NCBI GenBank assembly: GCA_030390025.1
Contig: CM059432.1
Coordinates: 125,490,001-125,554,000 of the forward strand
Source of the DNA: Squalus acanthias
Taxonomy: Eukaryota
DNA: 64,000 nt
Reading direction: 5' to 3'
Shown: one piece after another, positions 49,510 through 62,397 of the stretch
Layout of the letters: each line of letters opens with the position of its first letter
How positions within the stretch are numbered: position 1 is the first letter of the stretch
Position numbers and translations under genes: made by a program
The notes under the pieces: model-generated
What the model saw: only the letters and a program-made list of their open reading frames with translations
The model's database searches: none
Told to the model about the DNA's origin: nothing

Positions 49510-52195
49510 GTGTTAATGTGGATACAATCGAAAGATGATGTGCTGTTCCTCGAACTTGCGTTGAGCTTCGTTGAACAGTGTAAGAGGCCAAGAACTGAGA
49601 GGTCAGAGTGGGAGTGGAGCGGAGAATTAAAGTGACAGGCGACTGGAAGCTCGGGGTCCCCCTTACAGACTGAACGAAAGTGTTCCGCACAGCGATCACT
49701 CAATCTGCGTTTGGTCTCCCCAATGTAGAGAAGACTGCATCGTGAGCAGCAAATATAGTATACTAAATTGCAAGAAATACAAGTAAATTGCTGTTTCACC
49801 TGGAAGGAGTGTTTGGGGCCCCGGACAGTGGGAAGGGAGGAGGTAAAAGGGCAGGTGTTGCATCTCTAGTGCTTGCATGGGAAGGTGCCATAGGAAGGGG
49901 AGGGGGTGTTGATGGTGATTGAGTGGACCAGGAGGGAACGGTGCCTTCGGAATGCTGAAAGAGGAGGGGCGGGGAAGATGTGTTTGGTGGTGGGATCACG
50001 CTGGAGGTGGCAGAAATGGCGGAGGATGATCCGTTGAATGTGGAGGCTGGTGGGGTGAAAGGTGAGGACAAGGGGAACCCTATCGTGGTTCTGGGAGGGA
50101 GGGGAAGGGGTGAGAGCAGAAGTGTGGGAAATGGAACTGACACGGTTAAAGGCCGTGTCAACCATGGTAGAGGGGAATCCTCGGTTGAGGAGAAAGGAAG
50201 ACGTATCGGAAGCACGGAAGGTGGCATCGTCAGAACAGATGCGGCGGAGACGGAGAAACTGGGAGAATGGAATAGAGTCCTTACAGGAAGCGGGGTGGGA
50301 GGAAGTGTAGTCCAGGTAGCTGTGGGAGCCAGTGGGCTTATAGTGGATGTTTGTCAATAGCCTATCCCCCGAAATGGAGAAAGAGAAGTCGGGGAAGGGA
50401 AGAGTCGGAGATGGACCATGTGAAGGTGAGGGAAGGGTGGAAATTGGAAGCAAAGTGAATGAAATTTTCTAGTTCAGGGCGAGAGCAGGAAACGGCACTG
50501 ATACAGTCATCAATGTACCGGAAAAAGAGGTAAGGGAGGAGACCTGAGTAGGACTGGAACAAAGAATGTTCCATATATCCCACGAAAAGGCAGGCAATGC
50601 TAGGACCCATGCGGGTTCCCATAGCAACACATTTAATTTGGAGGAAGTGAGTGGAATCAAAGGAGAAGTTGTTCAATGTTAGAACAAGTTCAGCCAGACG
50701 GAGGAGGGTAGTGGTGGATGGGGACTGGTTGGGCCTCTGTTCAAGGAAGAAGTGGAGTGTCCTCAGGCCATCCTGGTGGGGAATGAAGGTGTAGAGGGAT
50801 TGGACTTCTGTAGTGAAAAGGAGATGGTTGGGGCCAGGAAACTGGAAACTGTTAAAGTGGCGGAGGGCATCGGAAGAGTCGCGGATGTAGGTGGAAAGAG
50901 ACTGGACAAGGGGAGAAAAAATAGAGTCGAGTTAGGAAGAGATAAGTTCCGTGGGGCAAGAACAGGATGAAATGATGGTCTACCAGGGCAGTCCTGTTTG
51001 TGGATCTTGGGAAGGAGGTAGAAGCGTGCTGTGCGGGGTTGGGGAACTATGAGGTTGGCGGCCGTGGTGGGAAGATCTCCAGAGGAGATGAGGTCAGTGA
51101 CAGTCTTGGAAACGATGGCTTGATGTTCGGTAGTGGGGTCACGGTCCAGGGGGAGGTAGAAGGAGGTGTCAGAGAGTTGGCGTTCAACCTCCGCTAGGTA
51201 GAGGTTGGTTTGCCAAACAACAACAGCGCCACCCTTGTCAGCAGGTTTAATGATAATGTTGAGGTTGGATCTGAGAGAATGGAGTGCTGCAAGTTCAGAG
51301 GGAGGTAGGTTGGAGTGGGTAAGGGGAGCAGAGAAATTGAGACGGCTGATGTCACACCGGCAGTTTGCAATGAAAAGATCTAGAGAGGTTAAGAGGCCAG
51401 AGGGAGGGGTCCAGGTAGAACGAGAATTCTGAAAACTAGAGAAAGGGTCAGCCGTGCGGGGGGAGGACTCCTGACCAAAGAAGTGGGCACGGAGACGAAG
51501 GCGCCAGAAAAAGAGCTCAACGTCGTGCCGAGCTCGAAATTCATTGAGGTGGGAGCGTAAGGGGATGAAGCTCAGGCCTTTGCTGAGGACTGATCTTTCG
51601 GGGTCAGAGAGGAGAAGGTCAGAGGGGATAGTGAAAACATGGCAGGACGTGAGATTGGAAGAAGGGATGGGGTCAGAGGAAAGTGAACGGGAGGGGCGTT
51701 GGTGTCCAAGAGTTGTTGAAGCTTACAATCCTTGACACCTGAAAGGAAGAAAAAATGTTTTTTGTTAAAGCGTCGGATGAGGCGAAGGATGAAATGGAAC
51801 TGTGGACCAGGACAGCTTTGAGACAGAGTGAGTCGGTGCTGCTGAAGAGAGAGGTCGAGAGTGTGCATGTGGCGGCGCAAGGCATTGAGCGTGGATCTCA
51901 GGATACGGCGAGAGCAATGGTTCGAGGAACGCTGAATATCTCGGAGATATCTGTAATCCTGGGTGGATCCAAAACGTGAAGGGTAGAATTTCAGTTGGAA
52001 TCCACGTGGAATAAGTCGGAGCCGGGGACAGTTGCTGAGGAAAGAGATGTGGCTGTGAAACCAAGTCTTGGCAGATACCTGATCAAACACGAGAAGGGAA
52101 ACAGAAAGCAATGAAGATGAACAAGGTAAAAGAGACAAACGGAAATGACGTCGGAGAGAAGAGCAGAACTTCTTCAAGGTGGGCATTCCTGGAAC
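49510..52195 (-). mobile_element. Penelope-like element (RT + GIY-YIG), near full length, frameshifted
   Basis: AMGTRMGPS..FRYIDD RT (50362-50676); NLVY.I.C..C...YIGETKR GIY-YIG (49500-49799). Confidence 0.92.
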
Positions 52196-52204
52196 TCATT
52201 TGGA

Positions 52205-54345
52205 TAATTTGTCAATGTCACTGCATTATTTAAGAAGGGTAAGAGAGATAAACTAGGAAATTATAGGCCTATTAGTCTACCGTCAGTTCTGGGGAAGTTA
52301 CTAGAATTTACTATTAGGGACAGAGTGACTGAGCACTTGGACAAATATGAACTGATCAGATGAGCCAGCATGGATTTGTAAAGGATAAGTCATGTCTAAT
52401 GAACTTAGTTCAGTTTTTTGAGGATGTTACTAATGTGGTAGATAAGGGAGTGTCTATGGGTGTTATTTATATGGACCTCCAGAGGCATTCAATAATGTTC
52501 CACAAAGACACTGCGAAAAAAATGAGAGCACATGGAATTGGAGGCAACCTATTGACATTGATAGGGAATTGGTTAGGAGGTAGGAGACAGAGAGTAGGGA
52601 TAATGGATAATTGGCAGGATGTGACTAGTGGTGTCCCCAGGGATCTGTACTGGGGCCTTAGCTTTTCACTGTATTTATAAATGACTTAGATGAAGGAATA
52701 GAGAGCCTCATATCCAAGTTTGCTGAAGACACCAAGTTAGGTGGCACAGTAAATAGTGTAGATGGGAGCAGAAAGTTGCAAAGGGACTTGATGGATTAAA
52801 TGAGTGAGCAAAACTGTGGCAGATGGAGTTCAATGTAGGAAAGTGTGAGGTCATCCACTTAGATCAGAGTATTTTCAAAATGGGGAGAAGCTAGGAACTG
52901 TGGAGGAGCAGAGAGATTTAGGGTTCCAGTAAAGAAATCACTAAAGCTAGTGGACAGGTACAAAAAATAATTTAAAAGACTAATGGAATGTTGGCCTTTA
53001 TCTCAAGAGGGCTGGAATATAAAGGAACATAGGAACAGCTGCAGGCCATTCAGCCCCTCGAGCCTGTTCCGCCATTCAATGAGATCATGGCTGATCTGTG
53101 ACCTAACTCCATAACCCGCCTTTGGCCCATATCCCTCAATACCTTTGGTTAACAAAAATCTATCAATCTCAGATTTAAAATTAACAATTGATCTAGCATC
53201 AATTGCCGTTTGCGGAAGAGAGTTCCAAACTTCTACCACCCTTTGTGTGTAGAAGTGTCTCCTAATTTCACTCCTGAAAAATCTGGCTCTAATTTTTAGA
53301 ATATGCTCCCAAGTCCTAGAATCCCCAACCAGCGGAAATAGTTTCTCTCTAACTATCCTATCCGTTCCCCTTAATAACTTGAAAACTTTGATCAGATCAC
53401 CCCTTAACCTTCTAAATTCTAGGGAATACAACCCTAATTTGTGTAATCTCGCCTCGTAACTTAATCCTTGAAGTCCGGGTATCATTCTGGTAAACCTACA
53501 CTGCACTCCCTCCAAGGCCAATATATCCTTCCTAAGATGTGGTGCCCAGAACTGCTCACAATTCTCCAGGTGTGGTCTAACCAAGGTTTTGTATAGCTGT
53601 AGCATAACTTCTACCCCCTTGTATTCTAGTCCTCTAGATATAAAGGCCAGCATTCCATTAGCCTTTTTGATTATTTTCTGTATCTGTTCATGACATTTTA
53701 ATGATCTATGTACCTGAACCCGCAAGTCTCTTTGGACATCCACTATTTTTAGCTTTTCACCATTTAGAAAGTATCCTGTTCTATCCTTTTTAGGTCCAAA
53801 GTGGATGACCTCACATTTGCTTTGCCCTTTCATGTAATCTATCAATATCCCTTTGTAATTTTATGCTTTCATCTACAATGCCGCCTATCTTTGTGTCATT
53901 GGCAAATTTGGATATATGACTTTCTATGCCATCATCTGAGTCGTTAATAAATATTGTGAATAGTTGAGGCCCCAACACAGATCCCCACTAGTCACATCCT
54001 GCCAATTAGAGTACCTGCCCATTATCCCTACTCTCTGTCTCCTGCCAGTCAGCCAATTTCCTAACCAGGTCAATAATTTGCCCTCAATTCTGTGGGCTTT
54101 TACCGTAGTTAACAATCTCTTACGTGTAATACAAAGGGGTGGAAGTTATGTTCCAGTTACATAAAGCTGTGGTTAGACCACAACGTGTGGTACTGTGTTC
54201 AGTTCTGGGCACCGCACCTCAGGAAGAATATATTGACCTTGGAGGGGGTGCAGCGAAGATTCAGCAGAGTGATACCTGGGCTAAGAGGGTTGAACTATGA
54301 GGGCGGGTTGCATAGACTAGGCTTGTATTTCCTTGAGTATAGAAG
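52205..54345 (+). mobile_element. Degraded CR1 RT region interrupted by a minus-strand CR1 (53026-54127)
   Basis: SQHGFVK motif; near-perfect 10-bp TSD aatataaagg (53016) / aatacaaagg (54128); ORF 53003-53845 on minus. Confidence 0.85.
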
Positions 54346-55478
54346 ATTTGTTAGCAAAATTGAATCCCATGGGATCAAAGGGGCAGTAGCAGCATGGATA
54401 CAAAATTGGCTAAGGGATAGAAAACAGAGAGTGTGGTGAATAGCTGCTTTTCGGACTGGAGGAAGATATACAGTGGTATTCCCCAGGGTTCAGTACTAGG
54501 ACCACTGCTGTTTTTGATATACATTAATGACTTGAACTTGGGTGTACAGGGCACAATTTCAAAATTTGCAGATGACACGAAACTTGGAGGTGTAGTAAAC
54601 AGTGAGGAGGATAGTGATAGACTTCAAGAGGACATAGACAGGCTGGTGGATTGGGTGGGCACATGGCAGATGGAATTCAATGCAGAAAAGTGTGAGGTGA
54701 TACATTTTGGTAGGAAGAATAAGGAGAGACAATACACACTAAATGATACAATTTTAAAGGGGGTGCAAGAAGAGAGAGACTATGGGGGTGTTTGTGCACA
54801 AATCTTTGAAGGTGGCAGGACAGGTTAACAAAGCAGTTAATAAAGCATATGGGATCCTGGGCTTTAGAAATAGAGGCACAGAGTACAAAAGCCAGGAAGT
54901 TTTGCTGAACCTGTACAAAACACTAGTTCGGCTCCAGCTGGAGTATCATGTCCAATTCTGGGCACTACACTTTAGGAAGGATGTGAAGACTTTGGCGAGG
55001 GTTCAGAAGCGATTTACTAGAATGGTTCCAGGGATGAGGGATTTCAGTTATGTGGATAGACTGGAGAAGCTGGGGTTGTTCTCCTGGGGAGCAGAGAAAG
55101 CTAAGAGGAGATTTGATAGAGGTGTTTAAAATCATGAAGGGTTTAGATAGAGTAAATAAAGAGAAACTGTTTCCAATGGCTGAAGGGTTGATAACGAGAG
55201 GACACAGATTTAAGGTGATTGGCAAAAGAACCAGAGGCGACATGAGGAAAAACTTTTTTACGCAACGAGTGGTTAGGATTTGGAATGTACTGCCTGATAG
55301 GATGGTGAAAGCAGATTCAATAGTAGCCTTCAAAAGGGAATTGCATAAATACTTGAAGGAGAAAAAATTGCAGAGATTTGGGGAAAGTTTCCAGGGAGTG
55401 GGATTAACTGGATTACTCTTGAAAGAGCCGGCGCAGATTCAATGGGTCGAATAGCCTCCTTCTGTGCTGTATTATTCT
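54346..55478 (+). mobile_element. 5'-truncated CR1 LINE (same subfamily as 39143-40565)
   Basis: GIPQGSVLGP and FADD motifs, CR1 3'UTR. Confidence 0.9.
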
Positions 55479-56729
55479 GCAGAAGACGAGCTAGATGGGT
55501 TAAATAGTTTCATTGTTCCTATCAGCTCAGCCCAACACCCCTCAGGACTCCATTCCCTTTCACTTTATTATCTTGCTGATTTTTTGTTATTGTTTTTATC
55601 TTGAAATATTTACTAATCTAACCCAAGTTTAATTTTCATTTAGGCCCACGCCCCCTCACCACGCCACACTCAGCTTCAGGCCTCCTTCTCAGCCTCTTCC
55701 CAGACCCAGACTCAGCACCCAGCTCTAGCTTGTACACACCCACTTCTACTAGACCGACAGCCCAACCTCAGTCCCACCCTACCAGCAATTTCATGAAAGA
55801 TGTACTAAATCACACAATGTTTATACAATATTCAAGGATCTCATCCAAATTTCAGCTCCACATCTGGTGACAATGCACCAAATACTAGGCACCATCATCA
55901 ACAGTGAAAGGTAATAACCCAATCCATATAGATCAGCGAGAATGACTTGGAAAATTCGTTATATTGTATAATAATAATAATCAATATCTAGGACCCTGGC
56001 TGGAAATTATGCATGTGTTTTGGGCAAAGACAGATGGGCTCCATTGTGATGCCGATACTCACTGCCTAGATTCACAAAAGAAGTCTATTGGGCTAGAGGG
56101 TAGCTGTGAAACCATACCCCGACATGAGTGAGTGCCTTCAGAAAAGGGGGGAAAACACATTTAAAAAACAGATATTGGTCTGCTAGTCTCAAAAGAGGGA
56201 GCCCTTACAGAGCATTTCCATCAGGAATCATTAGCCCCATTTATATTTGGTTAGATTCATTGCCAAAACACAACCTCCTTTTGATGCTATTAATTACTCA
56301 AGGAAGTTCACTTGACAATTCAGATAGACTGGCACTTATGTTGATTGATATAAACTATTATCAGAGTTTTGACCTGAATTTCTCCCTCCCCCCACATACA
56401 GCTCAATCCATTCCTTCCCTCCCATTTCCTTCATACCACCCACAGTTGTATCTCAATGCTGGTTAATTACAACTAAATATTCTGACTCATACATAGTGTT
56501 ATGCAAGCCATTTGCAATACAAGAATAATTTTTTTTTAAAGTTGGTAAAGCAGTGTGGCAAGATGGTTGGAGAGATCCTGATTCAATTTCTCCATTAACA
56601 CTGAGTTCCAGGCCTCGTTTTCCTGCCATTGGGGAGGCGTCAAACATAGACTAAGTGTTTCCCCATGAGTAATGCCACAAAATTGGAGCAACTATCCCAC
56701 AATTGCCTCACATCTCTCCTAAAGCACTT

Positions 56730-56995
56730 CAACATTACCACAATAACAACAGAAAATGCTGGAAAAACTCAGCAGGCCAGGCAGCATCCGTGGAGAGAGA
56801 AACAGGGTTAACGTTGCAGGTCGAAGACCCTTCGTCAGAACTCTGTTTCTGTTCTGACGAAAGGTCTTCGACCTGAAACGTTAATTCTGTTTCTCTTTCC
56901 ACGGATGCTGCCTGGCCTGCTGAGTTTTTCCAGCATTTTCTGTTGTTATTTCGGATTTCCAGCATCTGCAGTATTTTGCTACAACATTACCACAA
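56730..56995. mobile_element. Palindromic non-autonomous Penelope-type element with 14-bp TSD
   Basis: About 100-bp inverted arms (56742-56841 / 56851-56950); caacattaccacaa at 56730-56743 and 56982-56995. Confidence 0.8.
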
Positions 56996-58012
56996 CCGTT
57001 CACGCACTCGGCGACATGCCCAGGTAGAAACGGCCCCACCTCTACACCGCTGATGGCAGCGGAAGTGTGGGTCTCCGATCAGAACCGCCACTTTCTCCTG
57101 TGACCTTCTTAAAAAAACAACTGCTGAACCAGTTCAGTGCGTCAGCCTGCTTGCACCGTGATGCAAAATAGCTTCAAGATGTCATTGCACAGATGAATGG
57201 GACCGGCTTATCCCTGATTTCCCAGTCCTCCTGCTGTGTGCAGTGGCACAATGCGTCATGTCACAAGCTTTGCAGCACTGCGTGGAGAGCAGAAGAAGGC
57301 GGCGGTCAGGACAGGGGAGAGAGAGGGAGAGCAGTGCACTGAAGTCCCTCTCCTGACACCAGGTCAAATAGGAAAAGGTAAGTGCAAAAGGCTTTCAGTG
57401 ACAGACTGGTACAGTCTTGGGAACAAGCTGCCATTTATCTCTTTGACTGCATTTAGTGTGCCAGCCTGAGAATAAATAGTGAGAGGCGTTCTGATCAAGT
57501 CTTCAAAGTACCAACCTGTAACCTATTGCAGCTCCCCGCCCGCCCCAGCATACCTGCTGACCGAGGATGATCCTAGCCCTGTCACCAAGCTCCTCTCACT
57601 CTAATGTATAGAACTTAATTGTGGGTGTACAAAGCTGCCCCACTGTATAAATTGGGTATCCCCATTCAATCTACCCAAGTAGATTTGATTATCAGACACA
57701 AATTGCCGCGTGGGTCAGGGTAAGCGAGGTAACTCGTAGCCGAGTTTGTATGATTAGAAAATAACCTCCTGCCCTTATTTTAAATGCAGCCCTCAAACAG
57801 CAGCAACACTCCACTCCAAAGACTGCATTAGAAAGAAAAATAAGGCTCTGCCAGTATCTGCTCATTCAAATTTTCCAAATCCTTTGCAAATACAAATACA
57901 GGTTATCCACAAAGGGTTTACACAGTTTGAATTATCAGAGACTGATCGGAAGTCTGGAAGAAAAAAGATCTTTCCATGTCACTCTTGTGCTGACTGCTTT
58001 GGAGATACACAG

Positions 58013-59745
58013 GACTGGCCTGGCGGGTGGACTCCCTGCCGGAGGAGCTCAGGCCCTTCGCCTGGAGCACCACGCACCCCCTCTACTTGGGAGTCTACCT
58101 TAGCCCTGCCGAGGACGCCTGGCCAGCGAACTGGCAAGAGCTGGAGGCCAAAGTCACCGCTCGCCTAGGGCGCTGGACAGGACTGCTCCGAGTGCTGTAC
58201 TACAGGGGTTGAGCGCTGGTCATAAACCAGCTGGTGGCCGCCATGTTGTGGTACTGGTTGGTCACTTTGATCCCTCCCCCTGCGTTTGTCGCCAAGATGC
58301 AGAAGAAGCTCATCGACTTCTCCTGGGACAAAAGGAAGCACTGAGTCTCTGCCGCGGTTCTGAGTCTCCCGCTTAGGGCGGGCGGTCAGGCGCTGGTGTG
58401 CCTTCGCACCCAGGCTGCGACTTTCCATCTTCAGACGCTGTAGAGATACCTGTACGTTGAGAATCCTCCCAGATGGTGTGAGCTGGCGATGTATTTCTTC
58501 CGCCAGCTGCACGGCCTCAATTACGACACGCAGCTCCTGTTTGTGAAACTGGGCGGTACATGTGCCTACCTACGGGAGCTGCCTGTCTTCTACCAGGAAC
58601 TTCTATGGGTCTGGAACAACATCGCCTCCAGGCGGAGTTCTCCCCCGTCAGGAGTGGCGGCTGTCCTTCGGGAGCCGCTGCTCAGGAATCCGCACCTCCA
58701 CGACCGCGGGTTCGGGTGGCTGGCGGAGGGCAGGGCTGTGCCTGGCAAGGTGACTAGAGTCGGGGACCTGCTCGATGGCGGAGGAGTGGGCTGGATGGCG
58801 CCGGTAGAGCTGGTGCAGCGGCTGTTTTGGGCCAATGTCCGGCTCGCGGCCAAAGCCATCGAGTCGCTGAAAGTGGCACTGGGCCCCGACTCCACTAGGT
58901 GTATCGAGGAGGCTCAAGCATGTGGGGCGATCCCGTCCGAACTGACCCCCGTTCGGACGGAATTCCTCATCGGCGCGCGGCCCCGAATCCCCTCTCGGGA
59001 ACCGGCGCCTCACAACTTGAGCCGTCTCGGGGAAATGTCCTCCGTGCCTTTTCATTCCGCACGGAGGGGTTTCCTGTACGGGCTGCTCCTGCACACTCTC
59101 CACTTTGCCATCTTCGTCTGCCGTCCGGACACACCTTGGCGTGCCATCTTGCCGTCCGGCGGAGGCGGGGGTCCCCAATGGAGGGCTCTCTATGTGGGTG
59201 TCCTCCCTTTATCTATTGGGGACTTGGCCTGGAGGGTGTTGCACAGGGCAGTCCCGTGCAATAAAGTTTTAAACAGGTTCACAGACTCCCAGGCCGCCTG
59301 CCTTTTCTGCAGCCTGGAGGAGTCTGTTTTTCATGTGTATATATAGAATGTGAGAGGTTGCAGCCCCTCTTTCATTATTTGAAGGGGCTGCTCCTCGATT
59401 TTTAGCTGCACTTCAGCCCCACGCTCCTGATCTTCGGTCACCCGCTGCGGAGGGGAGCGGGCAGATCGGAGGACCACCTCGTAGGACTGCTCCTGGGCCT
59501 GGCCAAAAAGGCCATTAACTGGTCCAGGCAGCGGGCGGTCGAGGGGGTCGATCAGCCCGATTGCCTGCCTCTCTTCCGCGGCCATGTTCGCGCCCGGGTG
59601 GCCCTGGAGATGGAGCACGCGGTGTCCGCTGGCACGCTCGAGGCCTTGCGCGACCGGTGGGCGCCGCGGGGACTGGAGTGCATCATCACCCCGGCCAATC
59701 AAATTTTAATTTAATTTGTTAAGTTTTATTTAATGTTTTATTAAG
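58013..59745 (+). mobile_element. L1/Tx1-clade LINE 3' fragment (RT C-terminus + zf-RVT)
   Basis: YLGVYL; LAWRVLHRAV...CLFC...ESVFHVYI(E)C zinc knuckle; GC-rich body with AT-rich tail; in-frame stops. Confidence 0.85.
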
Positions 59746-60039
59746 TTACAGACTATTTGTTTAATCACCCAACCAGAAGAGTACTCAGGACTGGCCCAGA
59801 ATGACACACCCCTCGGATTCTCCCCCCCCCACTTATGCGTGGATTCTATTTGGTACCTCACCTTGTCGGTATAGTTGAAACTCAAAATTCTTAATGGAGG
59901 GAATTGTGAGCATAAAGCCATATCATACCAATCTGTGACAAAACAGCGATGCATTGACTGATGGTGCCAAGTTTGGAGTAGCAAACTTAACCAACCTAAT
60001 CACAGCACAGCTTCCTGCATCACTCATGATCAAACTTTA

Positions 60040-60480
60040 CAGTGCAACTACAGAGCAGTCAACTACATCTTAAGTATTTTGTCCAGTTCTGGTCACCGAA
60101 CCATACAGGAGATATTCACGTGCTGGAGACAGTGCAGAGAAGAGCCACACGGCTGGACCCTAGTGTCAAAGGTCTGAGTTATGAGGAAAGACTGAAGAAA
60201 CTTGGGCATTTGGTTTTGAAAGGATCTTATTGATATATAAGATAGTTAATGGTATAGAAAAAATAAATCTGAAAAAATTAGTTTAAATTAAATTACAAAA
60301 ATAGAACAAGGGCACAGTGGGTCAAACTAGTGAAAAGCAAATTTTGTACTGATGTCCGGAAGTAATCAACGCAAGGAAGGGACCCCCAGATAGAGTTGTG
60401 TAGGTGAAGCCCCTGTAGTTATTTAAGGTACAATTAGAGGACTTTAGGGTCTTTCTGAATGGTTGAAAAGATCAGCTGAA
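60040..60480 (+). mobile_element. Old CR1 3' fragment
   Basis: HLKYFVQFWSP...VQRRATRL...LSYEERL. Confidence 0.75.
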
Positions 60481-60484
60481 TAGA

Positions 60485-60820
60485 ATGAAAGAAAGACTTG
60501 CATTTATATAGCACCTTTCACGGCCTCAGGCTGTCCCAAAACGCTTTACAGCCAATGAAGCACTTTTGAAATGTAGCCACTGTTGTAATGTAGGAAACGC
60601 GGCAGCCAATTTGCACGCGGAAAGTTCTCACAAACCACAGATCATCCGTTTTAGGTGTATATTGGAGGGATAAATATTGGCCAGGACACCAGGAGAACTC
60701 TCCTGCTCTTCTTTGAAATAGTGCCATGGGATCTTTTGCATTAATGTCTCATCCGAAACACTGTACATCTGATTGTGCAACACCCCCTCAGCACTACTGA
60801 GAAGCGCCAGCCTAGAGTAG
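60485..60820 (-). mobile_element. Deu-domain SINE, partial
   Basis: Colinear with 19527-19910. Confidence 0.8.
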
Positions 60821-61550
60821 CTTCCTCATTCGTAGTTGATCATAACTCAGACCTTTGACACTAGGGTCCAGACGTGTGGCTCTTCTCTGCACTGTCTCCA
60901 GCATGTGAATATCTCCTGGACAAAGGATGAGGCCAGAGCTGAAAGGTCTCTAAATAACCTTAAAACCGTAATCCCCATCCAAAGGATATCCAAAAGAACT
61001 CCTCTAGAACCTCAAAAATGCTTTCCCACCAGAATCAATTGAACAAACATCCCGTTTTGATGCATTAGAAATCAAAATGAATGGTATTGGCAGTCCAACT
61101 CCGTCCAGCCTCAGAAGAGCCACCCTATGTGCAAATCCTCCATCATCACCACAATCCCAGCAACCAAACCACTGTTGTTAGTCAATTATGTACTCCCTCC
61201 AAATATCCATCAACAACCATGAGGGAGGGAAGATGAGAAAGGAGGATGTGACCATCACCACCATCTAAAGACAGAAGAGGAAGTGAGGAATAATTAAATA
61301 TCTCCCACCACAGCAGGTGAACTCCTTTTAGTGAGTCCTTTTTAGCTATTCACTTCAGAAAATACAATATTGCTTTTTTTTCAGAAATGCAAGTTTTATG
61401 GAAATCATGTAATTCCATTCACAATTTCTGGGGGGGAAAAAAGGCCAGCTGTCCACAATGATTTTCTTTGTGGTTGTACCCTTTTTGCTGCCAAACTTTT
61501 CCAATGGTCTTTACAACTTCAATGCCCTGCAGCACATGACTAAATACAAT

Positions 61551-62310
61551 GGCCCAGATTTTCCTGTCAGAGTAACGGTGAGGCTAATGGCACTCACTGT
61601 TATTGATGCGTAAATGGTACAGCAACTTCAGACAAGGGGCAAATGCACGGTTAAATGCAAATATCCAAAAGTTGCTGGCCAAGTTGCACCGCTCCGCCGT
61701 CAGCTTCATGAAAACGGCATCTTGCTGTTTGCCGCACCATTGAAATGCATTGAATGGCGTGAAGTTGCTGTATTTGCGTGGTATATATGAAGTAAACTTG
61801 CCACAGAAAGTTAAGTCTTGTCCATTCCAGTCTAAGTGCCCTTTTAAAGATGTGGTAAGTGTTAATTTACTGCCAATCAACCTCTCTGGCACTGAAAATT
61901 AACTATTACAAGTGTGGAGTCTCGTTCCTTCACGTTTTAATTGTTGTTGGAGATTTTTATAATGTAAAGTTGTACATTGTCTCTTTTTCTCTCTCTCTTA
62001 ATCCAATCTTTATTTCCCTCTCTTTATTTCTCTTTCTGTAACTGATTTGACATTGAATTCACCCACTCTAAGTTACACTTGCTTCTCAGCCCTCGTGCTG
62101 TTAATTTCACAATCCTTCACTCTGATTGGTTAAGGAGATAAACAGTCAATTGCCCGGTTCACTCGGGTCCCAGATTCCTTGTTCCCTCGCTGCGATGTTA
62201 TCAGCTCTCACTATCAACAATTTGCCACGCAAAAAATTAAAAAACCTAAATGGGCAAGTCTAACTAATGGCAGACACCGTTAAATGCCTTGCTACAGCAA
62301 AATTTGGCCC
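61551..62310. mobile_element. Probable Harbinger-like MITE
   Basis: Imperfect TIRs ggcccagatttt / aaaatttggccc, resembling the TIRs at 47410-48222; flanks aat/att. Confidence 0.55.
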
Positions 62311-62342
62311 ATTATACATTCCATCCAAACAGGTTTGGTAGG

Positions 62343-62356
62343 CCACTAGAGGGCAC
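62343..62356 (+). promoter_or_regulatory. CTCF core motif
   Basis: CCACTAGAGGGCAC matches the consensus CCASYAGRKGGCRS at every position, in unique sequence. Confidence 0.55.
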
Positions 62357-62397
62357 CAAATGCATTTGAATTACAAACAATCAAAAAAGAATTGCTT

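Noticed and set aside
57190..57385. Plus-strand exon candidate ending AAG|gtaagt
   Set aside because: Good donor, but no recognisable protein in any frame and no partner exons found.
40571..59264. Long antisense and alternate-frame ORFs over RTE, Penelope and Tx1
   Set aside because: Shadow ORFs of GC-rich retroelement coding sequence.
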